Of a stretch of DNA of 30,250 bases, positions 1-12,000 are shown piece by piece (position 1 is the first letter of the stretch; every line of letters begins with the position of its first letter). The notes under the pieces were generated by a model that was not told the DNA's origin, ran no database searches, and worked only from the letters and a program-made list of their open reading frames with translations. The position numbers and the translations under genes are program-made. The stretch is from a virus (Duplodnaviria; Caudoviricetes): the IMG/VR virus record IMGVR_UViG_3300026511_000017, positions 1 through 30,250 of that record; one strand, 5' to 3'.

Positions 1-3000
1 AAACTTACAGGAGTTGATACTGATGGTAAGTTGCTAAGACGTACTAGAGGTTTAACAGATGCTTTCTATGCAGACAAGACTAAAACAAAACCAGGAGACA
101 AACTAGACTGGGATGCCTTTGCTTGGGGAGATATATCCTCTGAAGAAGGAATACAAAGAACAAGAGAAAAGGATAATCAAGTTTTATTTTTTCATGGGGC
201 ACAAAGATACCTACAAGATGGGACCTACAAACAAAATGGTTTTTATCCAGTCTTTGACGAAGAGACAGAAGAATGGGTATTGCAGGAAACTGAGCTTGAT
301 GAAAAAAACTTTTATGATCTTCAAGGAGCACTCTTAAATCCTTATGGAGCTAGAAATTCACGTAAAGGTGCGATAGCTACTGGATTAGATGCGTTTAGTG
401 ATGGTATGTCAAGTTTAGCTTCAAGCGTACTAGACTTCCAGGAAATGACTGGTGATTTATATGAGTGGGCTACTGTAGGAGAAGCACAAGAGGGAGAAAC
501 AGACTCTGTTGCATCAGACTTTAGATTTGCACAAGAGTTTAATAAACTACAAAAATCAGCTGCTGCAGATACAGATAGCATGTTTGCTAATGGTGAAGCA
601 TTGGCTAATGGTATAGGTAGTGGTCTTTCAAGCCTTGTACAGTTTTGGGGACTTGGAGGAGCTATAGCTAAGGGTGTAGGAGCTGTATCATTGAAAGCAG
701 CTAAGTTATTTGGTACTGCTTACTCTGCTAAAATGGCAAGTATGATTGGTCACATGGGAGGTGGTATGGTAATCAACTCTGGTGAAGTATACAAGCAAGC
801 AAAACGTGACGGTATAGACGAAGAAGAGGCAGCAGCACTAGCACTAGCTACAGGTTTTGTTAACTCTCTTATAGAATATGGAGTAGGAACAAACGCATTA
901 GCTAACAAAGCAATGGGTACCGGGGGAGGTAGAATAATCTCTAAAACTATATTAGACTACGCTAAGAAGTCTGGAATGAAAGTAAGTGACATGAAGTTTT
1001 TAGATAAAGCTACAGGTCCTATACTAAGTAAAGTGTTTAACGCTTTAGAAGCAACTGGAAACACAGCTAAAGGAATTGGTGGTAGACTTTTAAGAAGTGC
1101 AGGTTCTGCTCTTGAAGAAGGAACAGAAGAGTTTATACAAGGACATGTTGTATACGGCGCAAAGCAAACGTATAACATGCTAAGAGGAGAAGGTAAAGAA
1201 TACGGTAAAGGTAAATTTCAATGGGAAAAATATGACATGGGCAACCACTTAGAAGAAGCAGCTTTAGGTGCTATACTAGGAGGGGGATCTCGTTTTGTTA
1301 CAAACCACACTGCAGATCGTACAATGATGCAGTACATATCTAACGGAAAATCTAAAGATGTTATAAATCAGGTAACTGCACTAGAAGCGCAAGGAGCTCT
1401 TAGTAAGTATCAGGCAAACAAACTTAGAAAAAGAGTATCTGATTTAAATGGGTTATGGCAGGAAAATGCTGTACAATACAGTTACTTAGGTCCTAAAGGA
1501 CAGGCGTTAGCAGGAGGATTATTGATGTACGAACAAAGCAATAGAGACACTGCAGATAAAACTGCAAGAACTCGTGCTAGAATAATTAGTAATGAAAATC
1601 TAACAGAGGCTCAGAAAGAAAAAAAGCTTTTAGAGTTAGACATGAAAGAGACGTACAACAATAATAACAACAAGTTTATTAATGATGTATTAAAATCTTT
1701 AGCGGATCCTGAACAAGTAAAAGAGTTTGACTTAGAAAACTTATCAGGTACTGTACTAAGAGGTGCTCGAGGGTTACTTAGAGACAAAAGTATTTCTGAA
1801 CAACACATAAAATATTTACAGCAAAAGCAAGCAGAAGCAGGTAACAGTATGACTGCTATGAGAGAGCTGCGTAAAGCTCTTGGTATAAAAGAAACAGACT
1901 CTACTAAGGTTAATGATGAGCAGTATGAAAAAAAGCTTGATGAACAAGTACAAAAAGAAATAGAAAAGCAAGAAGCAAAACTTAAAAAAATAAACAGAAA
2001 CTTAAAAGATCTTGTATATGATCCTGCTAAAAGAGCTACGTTTGAAGAATCCGTTAAGGAAAATCTTAAAAAGAACGAAGTCAAAGAAACAGAGAACGAG
2101 ACACCGCCATCAGAAAAGCAGACAACAAAAGAAAGAGTAAAAGAAGCTGCAAAAAAAGCTAAAGAGGTTGTAACTAATCCTGTACAAACTGTAAAAGACG
2201 TACAGGCTGAAAGTATTTTAGCAGAGGAAAGAAAACAACAACAGCTCGCAGATGCACAATTTATAGCAGAACAAGAAACTTTTGATCAAAACTATGGTCA
2301 GGTTAATGAGCAGTTGCCATCACACGTTAAAAGTAAAACTGGTAAAACCTATGAGGTTGTACAACAGTTTATGAAAAACGGCAAGCTATACTATGAAGTT
2401 AAAAGCCAGGTGGCGGGTAAACCTAATAGACAAATGCCTGCAGATCAAGTAGCTTCTAAGCTATTTCCGGATGATGGTACAAGACATAGAGATAATTTCC
2501 AAACTACTTATTGGTTACAAGCAGCGGGTTTAAATAATATACAAAGAGAACAACTAGCTAAACTTATACTAAAGGATCCTGATTTAATTAATAATCTACA
2601 AATAGAGTTTATTAATATAAAAAGAGAGTTAAATCCTAAGACATCTATTAAGGAAACAAACATGGATATAAACATGAATGGTTCTTTCTTACGTATTAAG
2701 GATGCACGTACTGGTGATGTTTTATCAGTTGTTCGTACACCTAATAGATTTTATGATAAACAAGGAAAGTTAATTGACGGAGATCAAATGACTGAAGAAT
2801 TCTTTTACAATAACATGCAGAAGAGTTCTATGTTTACTGATGACCAGTTTGAAGAGTTTAAGCAGGGCTATCTACAGCTGAAGTCTATGATTGAGGCTTT
2901 AGAAAAAGCTTATCCTAATGCTACAGACAGTGAACCTGTTGTTTTAAACCCTGAGTTATACAGTTTTAATACTGATGCCGGGTTAAATAGCATTAAAGAA

Positions 3001-6000
3001 GGCGTACAAAAAAGATATAAAATCACTGAAAACGATGACCACACTTATGACGGAGAGTATAGAATCTACGATCGTAAGCGGGGTGAGACTATTATAGGGG
3101 AGGACATTGCAGCGGATCATACAGCAACTTTACCGGACTTTGACGGTAGATATTTTGCTTTAGTTAAAAGAGGCAATGTAGTTAAATGGGTTCGAATCAT
3201 GCCATCAACGGTAGCATTCGAACCTGTTCAACAGCGTATAAACGAAATAAACGAAACGATTGCTAAACTGAATGATCCTAATTCTAAAGAAGCAAAAGCG
3301 TATAACAACAAAGACAGAGGGGCTAGAGCAAACTATACTAAACAATTAAATAAAAAGTTAGGATTATTTGTAGCTCTTGGTAAAGGCATTGACTTTAACA
3401 TTAGAGTAGAAAGGTATCAGGGAAAGTTTAAGCTTAATTCTTATGTAAATCACAATACAAAGAAAAAAGCATTAGCTATAAATATACCAACTCTTACCGG
3501 TGAAAACTTAACTTTTTATATAGGAGAAGTAAACAACGCATTAAAAAATTATGGCTTAGAGCTTACCAAAGAAAGCTTTAGAGAGTTTGTACCTGAAGAT
3601 GGTACACCTACTCCTGATATGTTTGACTCTACAATTGTTGGAGGATCATCAGGTTTTTATAACCCTACGCTTTCTATTACTCCTAACCTGGAAGGGTTAC
3701 ATGCATTAGATGCAGGAGAAGCAGTTGAATCAGAAGTATCTGAAGCACCTGTAGAAGGAGAAGGTCCTATTATAATGAGTAAAGCAGACTTAAACCAAGC
3801 TGTTGAAGACGCTAAGACTCTTACAGAAAAGAAAGATGTATATACTCCGGAAGAAGTTAAAAGGCTTTTAGAAGACGAATTTAACGGACAGCTTGCGCTG
3901 CCTTCTGAAAGATTAAAATCTGAGGTGCATAAAGATATTGTAAGACAAATTGTTGCACAGTATCAAGCAGGTCTAGGATTCACATCAAACCAAGAGATTA
4001 TGAGTGCTGCTCTTAAAGACACACCATATGATGAACAAGAGCTAGCATACATACTAGATAAATACATTGCAGGTCTTACTCTTGCCTCTTTTATTGAGGA
4101 AGAAAATATGACAGCCGCTGAAGTTGAAGCAATAAAACAAAAAGCAAGACAAGCTTCAAAAGCTAAAAATATTTTATTAGCAAATGATTCAGTAAGAGAG
4201 AATATTATTGATGCTGCAATAAAACAACTACGCTTCACAGAAGAACCTGTAGAAGATCAACTAGCAGAGGAAGAAAATATTGCGGATGAGGATAAGGAAA
4301 TGTTTAGAAGGTTTGACGTAAGCTTTACAGAGCTTGGGGGAGTTAAATCTTTACCTGCTAGAGTAAAACGATTCTTATCTTACATTATAATGCCAGAGAC
4401 AGATTTCTTTGGTAGAACTAAATGGGAAGGAGAACTTCACGGCAAAAAAGTTAAAACAATTATAAGAAAGACTATGGATGGTCACACACTATCTGGTCAT
4501 CTTATGAAGCTTTTATCTAATCAATCTACAGAGGGAGATATGATAAAACGTTTAGAAGCTGTTGCGCAATATGAATCTATAGAAGCTGCAGTACTTGGTG
4601 CAATAAATGCAAAAGGTAATGAAGATATTAAAACACAATTCTTAAATGCTTTTAATAAATTTTCTGTTGATTATTTACGTTTTATAACAGGACCAAAGAG
4701 AAACTTCTTTTTTGTAAATCCTGTAGAGAGCTCTGGCGCTAATCAGATCTTTAATAGATGGAAAGGTAAAACAAACAGAAAGGTACTTAACCAAGAATTA
4801 GCTAAAATATCAAAAAGATTAGGACAAGATGGATTTACACAAGCTGGTGTAGATGCAATTGTAAAATCTTTTGCTAAAGCAGGTTGGGATGTAACTCCTG
4901 CGTTTGCTGCTTACTTATTAGGTGATGCAAAACTAAGAGAGGCTTTTCCTGAACTATTACCTGACGGGTTAGACTCTGAAGGATACTTAACAGACTTACT
5001 AGGAGACCAAGATATATTTGACAAGTCTAAAGGTGGAAATGTAAGATCTAAAAAAGTTATGGAGCTTGCTAATATTGCACAAGCTTTTGACATGTCTACC
5101 TACGAAGCAAACTATAGAGACTCAAAAGGTAAGTCACACTATAGATATGTAGCTAAAAATCTTTACTTAGAGAATATAATAAAACTAGCTGAGAATGGTT
5201 CTTTAGACACTAATCCAAACAACGTTTTAAATAACGATGAGGTATTAAGTAATCTAACAGTTGCTTTTGCAGGTGATGTTTCTATTACTGATCCAGATTT
5301 TGATCGTAATGGAAATCCTATTACTACAAAATCAACAGCTACTAATAAACAACTAAGTGATAAACAGAGACTTATGCTTATGTACTCTTTGTTTATGAAC
5401 GAAGATGTAAAAGGTTACGGTTATTACATACCACATGTTATTGAATCTAAAAGCTCGTTATATACTGTAAGATTACCTATTAAAAACTACTATGATGGAG
5501 TTACAGGTATTACAGATACAGCTGTAGAAGATGCATATGGATTGTTACTTAGTGAGTTTAAAAGAAACCAGGATCCAAATAAACAACTTAAAAGTAAAAA
5601 AGGAACTCCAAATTATTTTGGTATTTTATCTGTACTTAATAATGCTATGTTAGCAGACGGTACAAGCGTAGTTGACTATCTTAAATCTAGAAAAAATGCC
5701 ACAGCTGCGTTTGAGACTAAGATGAAAGAAGAGGTTATACGACCTATGTTAGGAAAAGTGGTAGCAGATCTTACAACTAGAACAGAGATGTTAGGATTAA
5801 AACTGGATCAACTAACACCTAGTGCTAAAGATACAGACATGTCTGCTGAAGACAAGATTGGTCAGCTTGCAATTAACCATTTAATAAATAGTGCAAGTTT
5901 TACACAGCTCTTTCATGGTGATAGCAACTTTGTAGATGACATTGACTTTAATAAACGTCTAGCTGGTTTTCATGCTTCTGGAGATATTAAAGGGCGTATG

Positions 6001-9000
6001 AAGTACAAATACCTTATGTATGCTGATTCTAATGTTACATTCCAAGGAGTAGAGGCAGCTTCTAATGATGCGCAGGTGTTAATGACACAAGAGATGTATG
6101 CATTTAGAGAACTGCAATCTGGTAATTTTACCAGTGCTACACAAAAAAGAGCTTATGAAAAATTAGTACAGCGTTTAGATGATCCATCTATAGAGCTTAC
6201 ACCGCAAGAAATAAACTCCTTAGATTTAAATTCTACAAAAACTGTTTACGAAGACGGTAATAGATATTTTAAGAAGTCTGATAATATTATTACACAGGAA
6301 GAGGCGGAAGCACATCCTGAACTAGGTAAGATATACGACATGCTTAATGCAAATAGAATTATGTATTTAATTCCAGAGAGTGCATCTAAGCGTAAGTCAG
6401 ATAAAATGATTGAAGGTTTTGATACTACTATCGACGAAGGACTAATTCACACCGGTGAAATGCAGTTTGAGCGCGACCAAGTAATCAATAGAACAAAATC
6501 TAAAAAAGGTAGAGAGACAGAATCAGTGCTAGCAAAGCAAGTACATGATTTGTTTGGATCTATGCTGACTGAAAGTTCTTCTAGAGAATTAGTTGACAAC
6601 ATAAACAATGCAAATGCGGATCAGAAAAAAATATTTTTAGAAGCTGTACAGTCTTTATTACAACCTGAAAACAATCAGGCATTTAAAGACATGGTATACA
6701 GTATGAATGAAAATACTAGGGGTCCTGAAGTGCTTGAGTTGTTACAATTGACTGAAGACGGAAAAACATATAATTACAACTTACCACACATACAGCCTGT
6801 TATAGAACAAACTATAATATCGTTGTATAATAAAGGAGCATTAAGATCTAATGTTGCAGGAGGTATAGCTACGCTAGCTTCTGGTACACATTACTTAAAT
6901 CCGCAAACAGGTGAGCCGTTAAAAATACACAAATTAAACAATGGAGTTGTGGAATTTGCTGAGGTACTTGTATCTAAAAAATTCTTTAACTTAACTAAGT
7001 TTGATAATATAGAAGATATACCAGATAGATTGCTTACAGCATTTGCAGCTCGTATACCTACACAAACATATCACTCTATGCTACCTATTAAGGTTGTAGG
7101 GTTTTTGCCAGATAGTAAAGGAGATACAATGGTTACGCCTTTAGAGCTACCATCTCTTGCAGGATCTGATTACGATTTAGATAAATTGTTTTTACATAGA
7201 TATGCATCTACTGTTGTATCCGGTAACCAGGTAGTAACTCCTGCTAATAGTGCAGAGGCTACTGAAGCATACTGGGCACAACAACCTCTTATAAAATCTA
7301 TGAGAAGATCTTATAAAGATGAAGAAGGTAATGCTATTTCTGTTAAAGAGGCAATGAAAAGATTAAATATAGGTGCTACCGATAACCCGGCAGTACTACA
7401 AAATGACATGTTAGATAACATGTTAGATATATTTAGTCAGCCTGAAATTGCAGAGATGATGTTTACTCCTGCTACTGAAGGTGTTGCACAAGACGTAATA
7501 GATAAATATGACTTTGATTTTACTAAGGGATCTATATTTACTGTAGTAGGTAATTTAGATTTTAACCTTGCAAATAAAATTGGTGAGGCTAACATTGGTA
7601 TTGCAGCTAACTTAAACGCTCTTGTATCAATGCTTACACAAATGAAATATAAACCAGAAGTTGGTTTTGATATTGATGGTGTAAACTATAATAGCTTTGA
7701 GCCTATATATGAAGACGACGTAAATCTTAAAACAGGATTAAACGTTGAAGAAGGAGCACGTAGTAAGTTTGATTCTATATCTTCTTTGATTACATTATTT
7801 GTAGATAACGTTAAACTTGGTATTGCACCTAAGTTAAACCTGGATGACGACATGACTAGTATTGCGGGACACATTATTGGTCTTGCTGCAGGACAGTCTA
7901 GAGCATTTATGTTTGTTAATCAACCTATATTAAAAGAATACTCTAGGTTAAAAAACCTGCAATCGGATTTAGATACACTGTCTCTTACTAAAAAGAAAGA
8001 AAGACAAGGACGTATTAGACATAATCTATTACAAAAATTTAGTTCATTTGAGTTTGATGTTGTAGAACTTACTACGGAGGCGTTAGATAAAGCTTTATTA
8101 GCTGATTATAATATTACTGAGCTTCTAGAAAGAAAAGAGCTTACACAAGATGAGAGAGATTTTCTTGCTGTACAAAAAATAGTAATGCTAAACGCTAATT
8201 CTATTTTAGCTTGGACTGGTGTTACTGGATTAAACGCTACAGGGTTACTTGCTACAACTAGAGGAGTAAAAGATAAAGTAGCTTTAGATAGAATTCTTGA
8301 AGCTTTTACTGAAAGTGATACGAATCCTGAAACAAGTACACTTATTAAACAAATAATTGCTAATCATAAAGTATATCAAAATAACAGTAACGCAATGAAT
8401 TACCTAGCTGGTAATCTTGCAGACACTTTTTTAGAACCTGCAGAAGTGTATAATGTTTTTGTAAAAGAATATGGGGAGTCTAGTTCTTCTGACTTAGCAG
8501 CTACTATACAACAGATAGAGAACCTTAAAAAAGATCCTAAATATAACTACAACATAGCATTGCATAGTTTGTTACAAATAGAAAGTAATGATCAAGGCAA
8601 AAAAGTACTTGTAGCAGACTCATTTACTAAAATGAGTAATGAGGTATCTGCACAACTTATGGGTCAGTTAGAAGATTTGTTTGAAGACTTTCCTACATTA
8701 TCTGACAACTTGTTAAAATATTTAATGGCATCTAGTATGTTAGAGTTTAGTGCAAACTCTTTTATTAGATACATGCCTGCTAGTAGTTTTAAAAGATTTT
8801 CTGATGCGCTAGATACAGCAACCAAAGCAACAGAAAAAGATTTAAAAGATTTAGAAGAAGTTTATAAAAAAGCAAAAAATAAAACAACTGCTTATCAAGG
8901 CGAATCTTTACCTGAACAACAGGTAGAACAAGATAGAACACCAGTATTTTCTGCAGGTACTTACACTGTAGCGCAGATGAAAGAAAAATTTGGTTTTAAA

Positions 9001-12000
9001 AAAGAGGAAATGTCTAATCTTTTAGATAAGATTAAAGACGTTAAAGTTGACTATTCTCCAGGAGGTGATACTTACTATAATAGTACATCTAATACTATTG
9101 TCCTTGGAGATCTAAATAAAACTAAATTTTTAGAAGAGGCATTACACGCAGGTCTTGATTTGTTACCTGACGGCGAGCAGAAGAAGTTAAGACGTGATGT
9201 TTTAAGCTGGTACAAAGAATTAGTTAAAAATCACAAAGGAGATGAAAATGCAAAAAGGATTCAAAAGCTTTTTAACCAATATGTAAATCTTTATAAAGGT
9301 AAGGGTCAACCTAATCCTGAAGAATTAGCAGCAGAAGAGATCATAACAAATTTATTATACAAAGATAATAAGCTAATAAATGATCTTAATGAGCTTATGT
9401 CTCCTAACGAGCAGGGTATATTAGAAAGCATGTGGAGCAAGTTTGTTAAGCTACTTGCTAATATGCTTGGTATTGATATTAAACAAGGATCTGAGTTAGA
9501 GCAACTAGCAAAAATACTTCAACCTGTAGACAGGTTAATAGGTGCTGAAGGTTTCCAGTATGGTACACAATCTAATGTTGGGCGCATGTATGCACTTAGT
9601 GATGGTACTTTGTTTGATGACATAGCACTTAAAGTAGATGCAAATGCAGTTGCAAACTTAGCTGCAGGAGATCCTACTGTATACATAGACTTTAGCGGTA
9701 GACTTATACCAAACCAGGACGCTGTTGTAAACATTACAAACGGTAGTAAAGATTTTGGTAAGGCGGTTATTATTAGAAAAACTCCTATTAACAACATCAA
9801 TGATCTTACAACTAAGAATAAAGAACAACTAGCTAAAGAACTAGGCTATAATTCTTTTACTGACATGAAGAAACAAGCTAAAGGTAAGCTTGCAGACTTT
9901 ATATTTAAATCAGCACAGGCTACAATTGTTAGATTAGAACCGTTTGTTGCTAACAGCACTGAACAAATAGAGTCTATGAATACTGTAGATCCTTATAACA
10001 ACTTGTTAAACAACGTTCTTATTCTTCTTGAGACACAACTTGCACAAACAAAACAAAATATTAAAAACACAACGTTTGTTAAGAACAGACAAGCTCGACT
10101 AGCTAAACAAATTGCTGATATCAAAGCAGCTAAAGATGTATTTGTATCTGTAGACTCTTTTTATGAAGAGGTAAAAGAAGCTAATAACTTGTTAGATCTA
10201 TTTTTAGCAAATGATAAACGTGAGTTAAAAGAGCGTATAGAAGGATTTAATAAATATAGAATCTTACTTAACAGCTTTACTTTCTTAGATGAATTACCTG
10301 GAGCACTTATTAAACAAATAGAAGCAGGGGAGTTAAAAGATGATAAGGATAATAGAAGTAAGATTAGTAAACTTAATGACTCTGTTGCACTGCTAAACAA
10401 ACTACGTAATAAACTACAGGACGAGTACATACCAGTACTTGCTGAAAAGTTATATCCATTTGTAGAAGCGTCTGGTCCGGCTACTAAAGAGTATGTAGAC
10501 ATACAACTAGACCAAATAAACAAGCAAAGAGAAAAAATAAAAGCTAGCTCTAAGACACAAAAAGAGAAAGCTAAAATGCTTGGCGTATTAAACAATAGAG
10601 TAGAAAAATTAAAATTAATAGTAGGTCAGGCACCACAGTCTGAAGAAGCTTTTGCAAGAGCATTGCGCTACAGTTTACAAGATGACTCTTATTTCTTTTA
10701 CTTACTTACATCACCGTCTACATCTTCTGATCCTACACTTGCGGGTCTAATAAACATGAACCACCAGTTAAATGATCAGCAAAGAATGAGAATGCTTGCT
10801 GTGCACAACAGACTACAGGATGCATATGACACATTAATAGAGGGCAAGAGTATAGGTAACGACGTAAGTAAAATCTACGAACCTATTATTGAATTAAAAA
10901 ACAATAGAACAACTGGTAATAAAGATGTGTGGACTCTTGTTACAAAATATGATGATACATCTTTTGATAAGGCACAAGAAAAAGCAGAGTCTGAACTTAA
11001 AGCAAGTTTGTTAGATCTTCGTATAGATTATTTAGCAAAGATAGAACAAGACATTACCAAAGTAGAAAACAAACTAGCGCAGTACGATCGGTTAGAGAAT
11101 AAAGAAGCAGTGTCTTTTGTTATAAACAGTTTAGAAAACAATCTAAAAAGACTGCAGACTATAAAAGTTAACGGTCCTACAGAAAAAGAACTTGTAAGAT
11201 TTGGTCTTAGAAGATCTGGATGGTTTAAAAATAACACTGTTGCAAAAAGCAGGGAAGAAATACAAGATGCTGCACGTAAAGCTGGAGGAGATATTAAATC
11301 CTGGGCTCTTACACAAATGAATGCACAAGCAGCTTTAGAAAATGGTTTTATAAACCAAGAAGAGTTTGACGCTATCAATGCTGTAGAAAAAGCTAACAGT
11401 AAGTTTAAAGGTAAATCATCTGCATCTTACTTCGGGTATATGGTAACTAGACCTAACGAGTCTTACATAAATAAAAAATGGAATTCGTTATATGATTCTA
11501 AAGATCAGCCTAAAAACCAAGAAGGAGAAGCTCACCAAAAGTTTACTGAGATTTACAATGAGTCTTTAGCATTAGTATACAAAAAACAAAGTGTAAACAT
11601 GGCATTGCCTTCTATACGTAAAGGGGCATTAGACAGGGTTCTTGAGAAGGGAACAATAAGTGAGATTAAAGAAGCACTATCTAGATTGTTTACTGTAGAT
11701 CAAGATGATTCAATTGCATATGGTATAGCAGCATTAGATAAACAATCAGAACAGTACGCTCCTGTAATGTTTATGGAAGATATAGACTCTAATGATGTTT
11801 CTTTAGATGTAATGACATCTCTTAGTATGTTTGCTAACGGAGCGCTTACCTCTGAGAAAAACAACGAACTTTTACAAATTGCATATTTATTAAAAGACAC
11901 ATTTGCAAATAGACAAGTACAGGATCCAAAAAAATTAAACAAAACAGCGTTAGCTAAGTTTGGTAAAAAGGTATCTGATATACAAGAAGGAGAAAGTATT

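Noticed and set aside
1657-1671. AAC/AAT run (poly-Asn), and similarly the GAT run near 13039-13050
   Set aside because: Short codon repeats within coding sequence; no evidence of a DGR, CRISPR array or phase-variable tract.
2311-2450. Possible SH3/Tudor-like mini-domain (HVKSKTGKTYEVV...LYYEVKS) in the giant protein
   Set aside because: The beta-strand pattern is suggestive but too short and generic to support without structure prediction.
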